DNA of 64,000 nt from Tricharina praecox (lineage: Eukaryota): the NCBI RefSeq assembly GCF_024521635.1, contig NW_026250405.1, positions 1,674,001-1,738,000 of the forward strand, written 5' to 3'. Below the pieces are notes generated by a model. The model was given only the letters and a program-made list of their open reading frames with translations, made no database searches and was not told where the DNA came from. Below, piece by piece: positions 1 through 10,549 of this stretch. Each line of letters begins with the position of its first letter. The stretch's first letter is position 1. The position numbers were made by a program, and so were the translations under genes.

Positions 1-288
1 GGTTTAATCTCGCTGTCTGGGCGTGAGTGTCGTTTCCCTCGCCTTCTGCAGCCTGCGGGCTGATCACTTTGAAGCGTGGGATTCGGTAGCCAAGTTGGAT
101 GGTGGGGGTATTCCTCGGGTTGAAGTTCCAACTTCTCGGGAACGATCATGTTGCCAGCCCTCTTTGGGTACATAATGTATGTACGTACCTAATCTGTGCT
201 ATATCCCGCGCTCTTCGCAGACTTCACCATAAGTTTGAGCTACCGCACCCCCCGCCCCCGTTTATCAAACCACATTCCCACGTACCGT

Positions 289-576
289 ATGCCAGCCCCT
301 ACCACCACTACCACAACTGGCACTCCCAACCGCAACCCCACCGCCCTCAGCGTGCACGAAGCCGCGGCCCGCTTCTTTGCCGCGCGGGGGATCGACTGGC
401 GCGGACTCGGATTTAAGTACACCCGGAGCCAGCGGGTACTCCGCATCTTTGCCACCGCTGACGACCCCGACGTTGTCCGCGCGTGTGCGGAGCTGCGGAG
501 GAAGCTTGAGCGCTGTGAGCTCGAGATCGAGGTTATGCTCATTGTTGCGAGGAGCTGTGCGAGGGGTAGTGCTTAG
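289..576 (+). CDS. Possible small hypothetical protein (95 aa, MPAPTTTTTTGTPNRNP...)
   Basis: ATG at 289 within ORF 196-576; C/G-ending codon bias resembles real genes in the window; no recognisable domain. Confidence 0.3.
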   Translation: MPAPTTTTTTGTPNRNPTALSVHEAAARFFAARGIDWRGLGFKYTRSQRVLRIFATADDPDVVRACAELRRKLERCELEIEVMLIVARSCARGSA

Positions 577-1115
577 CGGTGGTGACAGCATGCCATGCAA
601 CTCGGACCGGATGTTCTATCGAAACCAGGCTCTCGAGCGAGTTGCACTTTTATACCTGGCTGTTGAGGTTGGCGCTTGAATTGACTTGACAATATGTGAT
701 TGAAGGTTCACACGAGGGTGCTCGTGGGGGTGCTTGGAAACCATTTTTAATTCGAGAAGGTGCGGATTCGAGTGAGGTTCCATGGAGTAATGCCGGATTA
801 AAAGTTATCCAGATACTATGAAGCTTGTGGTGCTATAGCTGTTAGTCTTGCCATTGGAAACGTGAGCTTTTGTTGGGTTGGTTCTCGTATACATACTAGC
901 ACTGGTACTGGTTAGAGGCAGGAGGCCTCTGACCTCATCGGTCCCCAAAGCCATAGGTGAACTTGCTCCGCCAGAGTCTGTAGTAAGTGGCATAAACATA
1001 GCCAGAAGGCTGAATGGGCTTTGGATTATATTGCTCTGGCTCGCAGTGATTCACTCTGTTTACCGTTCTTTCAATCCAGGGAAACGTGAGAATAAGTTGG
1101 TCACAAAGCATCACT

Positions 1116-1180
1116 CAGTCTCGAGTCCCGAGGATGCCAAGCCCCACCCAGTCTCGGGTCCCTAGAATGCCAAGCCCCAC
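1116..1180. repeat. 33-bp imperfect tandem duplication
   Basis: CAGTCTCGAGTCCCGAGGATGCCAAGCCCCAC followed by CAGTCTCGGGTCCCTAGAATGCCAAGCCCCAC. Confidence 0.8.
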
Positions 1181-1298
1181 GCTAGCATTGAACTCTAGCG
1201 GCTAGGGCAACACGACAAGGTGAACCATCACGTCCTCGGCGGGGGGGAGCAATATCGCGTGGGAGAATGTCAGAGCTCTCAGACCTACAACAGTGATC

Positions 1299-4200
1299 AT
1301 GCCGAGTCCCACGCTTCCGCTCGACACATACAGGAAGCTCTTTCGCAAATGCATCTTGCACCGAACACCCGTCGATAGGGTATGAATCTCCCCACGCAGT
1401 TGTTTTGAGAGATGAACTCGAATGGAGGCCTAACGTTTCCGGCGGTCCGCAATGTAGTTCGAGGGTTACTTCCACCAGCTGCTGTCGCGCTCCCCGATTC
1501 CGCCCACGGCCATCGCCTCTACGGCCCTCGAGCCCGAGCTGACGTCCAATGCCTCGGACCCGCTCCACCTCCAGTACGTGAGCCGCCTCGTCGAGCGCGA
1601 CATCGTCAGTCTCGCCAACATCCTGGTCGCGCTGCTGCAGACGTCCGCCGCGAAATCGCTCACCACCTCGGCTACCACGTCCCCCGAGGCCGCGTTCAAA
1701 CACCTGCGCGGCAGGGAATTGCTCGAGCAGGATGTGTTCCTGGTGTTGGCGCTTCTCCTGCGCGGCCAGAAGAAGCCGCGGTCGCCCGAGAGTGTGTGGT
1801 CGGCGGTGCAGGCCATGAGCGATTGGATGGAGGCGGTGATGGCGGCTTCCGGTGCGGGCATCCTGAGCAGTGGTGATGGTGCCGCCGAGGGGATCACCGA
1901 GGTGTCGATGGCACAGGATCAGTCGAGCAAGCTTCGGCTCGAGGCGCTGGGCGAATTGATCATTGCGCTGGGGGCGAACGAACAGGCGGCCAAGATCTTG
2001 AGTGAAGGATCGAGGAAGGAGAAGAAACTGGCGTTTCAGACTAGCTTGAGTCTGTTCACGCAGTATATCCAGGTCCAGAATCCGCCGCTGGCGAGCAAGC
2101 TGGAGGAGATGAGACAGCAGTATCAGAGCCCGAGTCCGAAGCAGCAGAGAGGTATGCTGAAGGGTGGCCCCAGTGAAACGATCGATGGGATGGTGATGGG
2201 GCTGGGAGGTGATGCGGCGGATCTGGGGCCTATCGTGTGGACTAGGGCACATCTGTTCATATGGCTGGATAGCTTGGTGGGATGCTCAATCTTTCCGTCG
2301 AGGGTGATGGGCTGACAGATGTATTACTTGCAGATATGTGGCCATCCCAACGTCTACGACGAGATCATAATCGGGTATCTGTATAGCCGTTACAAGGAGG
2401 AGGCAAATGTCATGGTCGCAGACTTTATTACGGCGGTAATCGACGTTATAACGAATGCACTGGCCCGCAATGAGACAACCTGTACCCTATTCCTCCTGCG
2501 CTCATTCCTCTGCAACAAAGTGCCCCTCATCCTCAATCGGATATCTCCCTCTTCCCTGGCATCGTCCTACGCGATATCACAAACTTTCCTCCGCACGGAC
2601 GTGGGCACACTCATGAATCTTGCGCCGGCGACATTCGAACCTTTCGCGGACAACTCCAATTCCAGTCCGGATATGATGTTTGACGACATCACGGTGGACC
2701 TGCGGCAAGACTTCTTGTTTGCTTGCGCTCTGCATGGTGTCATCGGCGAGCAAGAAATCCAGGGGATATTGGGCGAGCTTCCGTTGAGTGCGATGCCGAG
2801 TTCTGGAAGATACGATTACCGAGTGATCATGTCGGAGTGTAATGTTGACCCTTCGCGGGTCGACCGGTTGCTTGAGGAGATCGAGGGAGTCGAGGGAAAC
2901 TCGGGGGCCGTCGTTGCGGCGCTATTCGATGTAAGCAAAAACTTCACCGCCTCGTGGCCAAGCCTACTCGAGCTAACCGCTACATAGGTGATGAAGCAAA
3001 TGTGTGAGAGTCGGGAAACAATGCCGCTCCGAAACATCTGTAGCTTCCTTGCCCGGAAGCCTAGCAGTATCGACGTGATGCTCCTCTTCGTCAAACCGGC
3101 CGAGATACTTGAGCCCCTGTGCGATCTCCTCGACACTTGGCGGTATGAGGAGGACCAGGGCGAATATCAACCGGTGTACGAGGAATTCGGATACATCCTA
3201 CTCTTGGTCCTGACTATAATCCACCGCTATTCCTTCACTACCTCCGACCTCGTCTTCTCCCATCCTCCTAATAATGAGGCGTTCATTCCGCAGCTGCTAC
3301 ACAACTACTCTACGGCCCAGCGAATAGAAACCCTCGGCTCCTCTGACCGCCATGCACAGTTGGGGGGCTGGATCAAAGAGCTTTTCGAGGGAGAGGGCAT
3401 TTCGGATGGCCTCATGATGTCCTGTCGGCCACAAGAGTTCTATCTTCTCATCCCAACACTCTTTGCCCAATCCATGCTCGCGATCCAGCGCGGGGTCCTG
3501 GATCTTGACACTGTCAACGAAGCATTCGCGTTTCTGCTTACCCCCTTCCTCTTACCATCGGTCATAGCGGGTCTTACATGGCTTGCCCAGCACCTCTGGA
3601 GCCACATCGACATCCCCTCACCCAGCCTGTCGATCCTCACATCCCTTATCATCGCACACGACCTTGCCCCAGAGACAGCCGAGACGCACCGCACCGTGGT
3701 CGCCATTTCCGCGCGGCCTCTCGATGCCGTTCTCTGCGAGCTCCTCCGCCGTCCCAAAATCTCGCCCGACGTCAAACACACCACGGAGAAGCTACTAGCC
3801 ACGCTCCGCCCACACCTCGGGTTCAAGCGCACCGCGACCCCCACCCGCGACGAAGTCGAATCGTGGATCCACACCGCCGGCACCGGCGGGCTAGCCAGCG
3901 CCGTGGCCAACAACTATAACCAGCTGCTAGCGTGGAACGCCGGGTCGCCGCCGCAATACACGTCGCGGCTGCTCGTGACCGCATGGAAGCTCCTCGGCGC
4001 GCGGCGCGTCGTCGAGATCATCACCAACGAAGCGGGCAAGATGAAAGCGGCGGGGCACGCCGGCGTCGCCGAAGACGTTGCGGCCGCCATGCTGGGCGCA
4101 TACATCGGCGAAGACGGCCGCATCGACTTTCGCGAGGCGCTGGGCGCGCTGGTGGGCGAGGGCGCGAATGATACGCTCGTTGTCGTCATGAGGAGGGTCG

Positions 4201-4403
4201 AGGCGGCCTGGAGGCTGTGGGATGGCGTCAGCGGCGTCCAGCAGCGCATGCAAGAGGTGAGGGAGATGGGGGATGTCGATCTGGGCGATATGGGATTGGG
4301 CGTCGGTGTGGGCGTCGGCGATGGCATGGATATGTTGATGGAACACCATGACTTTGATGGGAGCATGGGCGGCATTGGCGGCTTGCTGGAGATGGAGATG
4401 TAG
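1299..4403 (+). CDS. NUT1: Mediator of RNA polymerase II transcription subunit 5 (Med5/Nut1), ~970 aa; exons 1299-1379, 1458-2276, 2334-2930, 2988-4403
   Basis: Four exons join in frame through GT-AG introns with CTAAC/CTGAC branch sites. Fungal Med5-like motifs: FLCNKVPLIL, DLRQDFLFACALH, LDTWRYEEDQGEYQPVYEEFGYILLLVL, LGGWIKELFE, SCRPQEFYLLIPTLF. Confidence 0.9.
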
Positions 4404-4751
4404 TCTAAATGATGGCAGCTATGGATTCGGTGCGGGTTTCTGGTTTATTTTCTGGGGGGATACAGCGATTCGATGATGACGGCCTACATAGAACTTTCGA
4501 TTGTAACAATCTCCTTGCTGGCATACTAGGAAAGCGCACCTACTGGGGATGTGGGAAGTTGTATGTACTGGAGATGCCCCTAGACCACAAGAACATACGT
4601 GCCTACCGAATACCGGTCCATATACCCAGGATACTGAGGGCCTTCCAAGTTCCAAGGTCCAAGTTCCAACCCTCCGCAACAGCAGCAAACAAGTTGCAAC
4701 CCCAAGACCGAAGGCCGTATGACCAACAAACACGCTCTGTTTTCTGTTACT

Positions 4752-6699
4752 TGTTGGAATGTGTGAACAAGTATTGTATTGTCGTTGTAGTGTGAGAGTC
4801 TGAAGCCTCGAGAGAATACATAAAAGAGGAGTGGTAGGCGGCCAGTGCTCCCGACGTCATGGCCGCGTAAACGACTAAGCAACGAGTGAGATATTACGAC
4901 ACTTCCTCCCTTGCTGCGTCCCGTATTTCCCATAAAAACCAAGCAGCAAGCACCTAACAGAATCAAAAAATGAAAACATATCATGGCCCAATGATTCTCC
5001 GTTAGCCTCGTTGAAACCTACGCAGTAAACCCAGTGGGCGAAACCTGCTAGGAAAGAGTACCAATTCAACAAAAACGTCCGTACAAACAATATACCATTA
5101 AACCAATCAATGAAATTCGACCGACACCTGTGCAGTCGTACTATCGGTTTCGTTTTTCGAGTCGCATCGGAACAGGCAATGTATTCTGCCTCCGAGCATG
5201 GGCGTGGGATCGCGCCACTCGATACCGTCAGGTAGCTGCATGTAGACATCGGTGTCTGTCGCGGGATTGAGAAACGCCGTAATGGCGTGCAGATGATCTA
5301 TCTGATGGTTGTTCTGTGCCGCGAAGCTCAGTAGGTACCGTAGGGTTATTACCTTACCGACTGGTGCATAGGTCTTATCTTTGTATACCCTTCTGCAGCC
5401 TACTATAACTAGTCTTCATGCCATTGGTATCAGTAACGGGTGTGAACGTGCTATTCTCAATCAGTGAGACGTACACTTGACTCATAGCTACCTTCAATTG
5501 CTAGTGAAGTGCACTATTCATTGCATCCCTTGAGGTACCGACACAAGCGGTCCTGCTTCTTGCGGTGCTGACACATGCAGTCCTGAACCTCACAGTACCG
5601 GTACATGCGGCCCTGAATCCCACGGCACCGACACAAGCGGTCCGGATTCCTGTAGTTCCCGATCTTGAGGTTCCGGCTCTTGGGGTTCCCGATCTTGCAG
5701 TTCCCGATCTTGCAGTTCCCGATCTTGCAGTTCCCGATCTTGCAGCTCCCGATCTTGCAGCTCCCGATCTTGCAGCTCCCGATCTTGCAGTTCCCGATCT
5801 TGGGGTTCTGTCTCTTGCGATTCCCAATCTTGGGGTTCCGATGCAGGTGCAACCTCGTCAGGCGCATGCTCTGCTGCAGTGACGACCTCGCTAGGCCCGT
5901 ATCCAGCTGCCAGCGCGTATACCTCATGCGCTCTTTCAGATGCATTTCCTTGCACGGCTTCTTGTGTGTCTCGACCTTCAGTCTGCGCCGGCCTTTGCAG
6001 TGGCGGTAGCGTAACTCGGTCTTCGACGTAGGTATATAGGTTCTTCCTCCGGAAGACCGTGGAGCGGTGGTTTGTCAAGATTGTCTCCGCCGGCGGCGCT
6101 GCTCGTAGGTACCGCGGTAGAGGCAGCCCGTCGAGAGACCAAGGCTGCAAGCCCTGATCTTTTTCCGGGTCGTCCTCCTGATCTTCTCCGGATGCTTTCT
6201 CCGGTCGGCCTCCTGGAGTTTCTCCGAGTCCTTTCTCCGGCTCGGACTCCTGGTCTCCCTCCGGCTCGGACTCCTGGCCCTTCGCCGGGTCCTTTCTCCG
6301 GGTCGGCCTTCTTATCTTCCTCCGGATCTTCATCGGCCCCCAAGTGTCGTAGCTGTTTTAGGAAAGCTTCTCTATGGATCCGTACTTGAAGTTGTAAATT
6401 TCGGTGTTCGACATAGTGGATTATGCGGTTTCGTTTGTGGGAGGTAATACGCTATCAAAGGCTTATTCGTAGGCGGTGGGATAAAGTAGTAATCGACATG
6501 GATGGATATTCTGAATATGGCGCTGGGCCGGGCTCATAACCTGTTGGAATGTGTGAACAAGTAGTGTATTGTTGTTGTATCTAGTGTGAGAGTCTGAAGC
6601 TTCGAGAGAATACATAAAAGAGGGGTGGTAGGCGGCCAGTGCTCCCGATGTCATGGCCGCGTAAACGACTAAGTAACGAGTGAGATACATATTACAACA
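4752..6699 (-). mobile_element. Internally deleted, non-autonomous Ty1/copia LTR retrotransposon (~1.95 kb)
   Basis: Two TG...CA LTRs (4752-4901, 6542-6699). PBS GGTTATGAGCCC directly after the 5' LTR on the minus strand; PPT AAGGGAGGAAG before the 3' LTR; flanks TTACT/TTCCT (5-bp TSD with 1 mismatch). Remnants of gag (IEKLS*NSYDTW), RT (AMSQVYVSLIENSTF...IVGCRRVYK) and RNase H (SEAEYIACSDA). Confidence 0.9.
5655..5840. repeat. 15-bp minisatellite (GTTCCCGATCTTGCA)n inside the copia element
   Basis: Tandem 15-mers; translate as (QDREL)n on the minus strand. Confidence 0.95.
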
Positions 6700-6869
6700 T
6701 TCCTCATCTTAGCACCCTCGGGTGATATTGTATGAATGACCTGGGTGAAGGGGGGGCGGGGGGATATCACCCTTATTTCAGAGTCTGGCACATCGTAGGA
6801 GATTTCATGCCCAGCGCAGTGTAGAGAACGGTTATTCTCAGTAGAAGTTCAAGAAGACAGCGACGCAAT

Positions 6870-7264
6870 GCACATTCAAATCTAGGTATCACCACGCCCG
6901 GCAAGTGGAAACAGCAAGGGAAAAAAGAAGAAACAAAAACATCAACCATAGAATGCCTCATTGAACCCATCTGGTACATCCTCTGATGAACCACCAGTGC
7001 CAAGTACCCATGTGATGCGAGGTTCTCATCTACCCCAATCTACTCCCAAGCTCACACAGCATTGAGGTTCTCGTAAGCACATTCAAATCCATCACCAAGC
7101 CCGGCAAGAGGAAACACTAAGAAAAAAAGAAGAAAAAACAACCATGGGTAGTAGAATGCTCAATTGAACCCATCTAGCACATCCTCTGATGAACGACCAG
7201 TGCAAAGAACCCATGCAACAGCGCGACATTCTCATCTACCCCAGTCTACTCCCAAGCTCACACA
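6870..7264. repeat. Diverged ~190-bp tandem duplication (6870-7058 and 7077-7264)
   Basis: Both copies run GCACATTCAAATC...GCCCGGCAAG...TTGAACCCATCT...ACATCCTCTGATGAAC...TCTACTCCCAAGCTCACACA. Confidence 0.85.
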
Positions 7265-8809
7265 TCATCGGGATCCTCGTAAACTCCAAGATCATCGCCC
7301 TCCTTGTACTCCACGGCCTTGAATATGTCCTCCCGCAACGGAGTCTCTTCCCTCTTCCGCTTACGAGAGCTGATTCCGAGAGGGCGCAGGGCGAATCCGT
7401 CGATACCAAGGTCCTTGAACCTAGGGATATCGCCGAGCTTATCCCAGACACGATTCAGCGTGGCGCGGTCGTAGGCCTTCGGATCGTCGAGATACAGTTT
7501 AACTTGGACCGAAAAAATGATGAAGACTTCTATAGTTGGTACTTGTTAGCAACCACACGGTAGTACAGATATCAGGAAATTAGGTAGGTAGGAGGTAGAT
7601 GGGCATGGCGCATGGGACTGTATTTACCAAAAATGAAGGTCCTACAAGCATTGGAAGATTTCGGGAGATCGATGATGTCATGAGCCCACCAGAAAACTGA
7701 TCTGGCTTCATCGATGTTGAAATGATCGCGAAAAAAGGCTCGCAATATTCCTGGATCGGCGCTACTCTTGATGTCGCACTCTGGGTGTTTCTGGATCAGG
7801 TTGGAGACATGTTTTTCGAAGCGTAGCATGGCCTCGTGTTTCCAACCTTGCTTCATCTGCATGGCACGTCGGCGGACAATCTTGTAATTCTTTAGATCGT
7901 CAAACATGAATCTGGATCCAAAGTGCTCCGCGATCAGGCTATCTATCTCGACTACCTTGAACCAGCGGGTATAATGTAGACGCAAGGCATTCTGAAAACC
8001 AAGGATTTTTCCATCAAAACTTCCGGGCAGGGTGTCAGGGTGGATAGGATTTGGACCGAACTTCTTTCGAATCTTAGCGATGAAGCCCAGGGATTTCGAA
8101 GGTCGGGCACTCCCCCCCTGTGACTTGAGGATGTGCTCGAGAGTGTCAATGGCAATCTGGACATTCTTGGCCTCGTCCTTCCAGTGATACGGGATCTGTA
8201 GGTAAGTAGGAATTAGATGAGCTTAGCCGGGAGGAGGGTACATCAGTCACGGAAGCGGCTTACCTTCAAGTTGGGAATCGTGACAATGCGGTATGAGTGG
8301 TGGAGCTCATCCCCGCCTTGTCCATCCTCTTCCTCGAAGAGCGAACCGTCGTCTTGGTCATCCTCCATTTCGAAGGGTGAACCGTCGTCTTGGTTACCTT
8401 CTGTCTCGAAGGGCGAACCCACGCGGAAATCAGCCGGGTGCCGCCGCCGCTTCTGTCGATTCGACAGCTCATTCGGCTCTCGCTTCGTCTGTGACTCGGG
8501 TTCTTGAAGCTGCTCCTGCAGTTGTGACGGGGGCATGGTATCAATTTCGTTGCTCTGAAAGTTCTCTGTTGATGACAACCTCTGTGAACGTACTCCTGGA
8601 CGTGCCTGCCCCGAACTTGGCGTAGGTGTTTCTTGTGATGAGATGCGTGTATCCCGGCTCTTCTGGCCAACTGCCCGTTCGCTGTGCATGGCTGATGCTG
8701 ACGATGAGCCTGATTTGTCTTTTCCACGGGCTGCGCGATTAGCAGCGCGTCCGCCACGTGGGGTGCGGAATGGCGAATCGCGGGAGGTGGGTTTCTTGTT
8801 GCCGGACAT
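7258..8809 (-). CDS. Hypothetical protein, ~461 aa; exons 8809-8264, 8195-7628, 7529-7258
   Basis: ATG at 8809; introns GTAAGC...CAG (8263-8196) and GTAAAT...GCTAAC...TAG (7627-7530) give one continuous frame ending TGA at 7258. Basic/acidic disordered N-terminus plus globular C-half; no family recognised. Confidence 0.7.
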
Positions 8810-8849
8810 GGTGGTGGTGGTGGTGGTGGTGGTGGTGGTGGTGGTGGTG
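8809..8849. repeat. (TGG)n microsatellite abutting the start codon of the minus-strand gene
   Basis: Direct reading. Confidence 0.95.
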
Positions 8850-8969
8850 AAGGTTTTGAGAGCGGTTGGTTGGCCCACACTCCTCAGGCCGGAGGCGGGA
8901 TCTGTATGGAAGTACACGCAGAGGAAAGAGAAGATTTGAGGTTTGGTCGTCTATTTGGTTGGTGATGAT

Positions 8970-9019
8970 GAGAAGAAGAAGAAGAAGAAGAAGAAGAAGA
9001 AGAAGAAGAAGAAGAAGAA
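8970..9019. repeat. (AGA)n microsatellite
   Basis: Direct reading. Confidence 0.95.
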
Positions 9020-9545
9020 GGAGAAGGAGCAGAAGCAGAAGCAGACGACCCCATTGGACCGCTCGAAACTGATGCTGCGCGCCCACTAACCCGATTATCT
9101 TCCTCCCACCGAGACGTCCTCCTCCCGCTGTCTCCTTCCACCGACAGTTCTCCCATCGCTCTGCAACAGAGGTAACGGAGGGCGGCAGCTGTTAGCTAAC
9201 ACTCTTGCGTCTAAACCCTTTGGGACGACTACATGTGCCTACGCAAACGAGAAACCCTGTAGCGCTTAAACGAGCGAACAAGCCCATAATCACGGCGTAG
9301 TCAGCGCGGTATCCACGGCGACGAGCACGATTAGCAGGAAACAGTACCCGCAGCGGAGCCAGCACTGTATCTGCGATGAGGGCATCACAGTATCCGGGAC
9401 GAGAAGCAGTACCAGTAGGACACAGGATCCGCAGCAGTGCCAGCTTCTGGTAGCCACAGCACTGTATGCGCAGTGAGACCAGCACAGAATCCGCGGCGGA
9501 GGCATCTAGAGCAGTAGGGGAATACAATAATATTGGTATGTATGC

Positions 9546-9694
9546 TGTCGTAATATCTCACTCGTTGCTTGTCGTTTACGTGGTCATGACGTCGGGAGCA
9601 CTGGCCGCCTACCACCCCCCTTTTATGTATTCTCTCGAGGCTTCAGACTCTCACAGTACAACAACAATACATTACTTGTTCACACATGCTAACA
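9546..9694 (+). mobile_element. Solo LTR of the same copia family, inverted relative to the 4752-6699 element
   Basis: Reverse complement aligns along its full length with LTR 4752-4901; TG...CA ends; perfect 5-bp TSD TATGC (9541-9545 and 9695-9699). Confidence 0.92.
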
Positions 9695-10549
9695 TATGCA
9701 CCTTCGTAAATTTCGAGTGATTACCGTGACTTTCGGATCACTTCTAGCCTTTCCTAGCCCGCTGGCCTAATAATCTACTGCGAGCCTGTAGCAGTGTAGC
9801 CTACCGGATATCACACGTGCGTTGATCGAAAACGTTGTGACAACGTTTTCTTCCGCAAAGTTTCATCCTCATGAATGATGACGACGCGGAGGGGGTGTCT
9901 CGATCGTTATACTTTGTCGTTACGTGGTGTCGGGATAACTCTAACTCTATCCCACAGCTGACGTGTTTGATTACTATACTACCTATAAATAATCCCAGAC
10001 ATACCTAAGCTGTGGTCCATGCCCGGTGGGAATGATATCGTACATATCGTCTCGTACATATCGTATCGCATCCTTCTACCATCAGGTATGAAGCTACATC
10101 CTCATTCTCTTGGCAACAGAGAGGCGAGTAGCTTCTACATACCTGTTAGAGCACCGAACAACAGATTCCGAGTACTCGGAAAGCTTGCGTCGTCATTGGG
10201 GACAAAGCCACTCTGTTCTCCCTCCGGGGCAGTGAAGCACTGCAACATTGAGAGCTGAAAGTCCCCCTTTACCGGAGATGCCTCTGTAGGTATGCATACC
10301 CTTAACGTGCGATCATATTATGTTCATGCTCATGACGGTCGTCGTGGCTCTGAAACAATTATTCAAACCCATTTAATGCCGAGTGATTTCCCATGATACG
10401 ATATCTATCTAGCTTTTCCGTTCAACCTTTCGTCCTTCCTTTCCATCGAGTTCCAAACTCCAAACCTTGAGAAGAGGCCAGTCCATCATGGAATTCCCCC
10501 GCTCCGTCCATCTCCATCGTCCCACCGTTCCCTCTAGCACACGCATACA

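Noticed and set aside
1182..2252. 356-aa antisense ORF over Med5
   Set aside because: Overlaps a well-supported sense gene; composition not protein-like.
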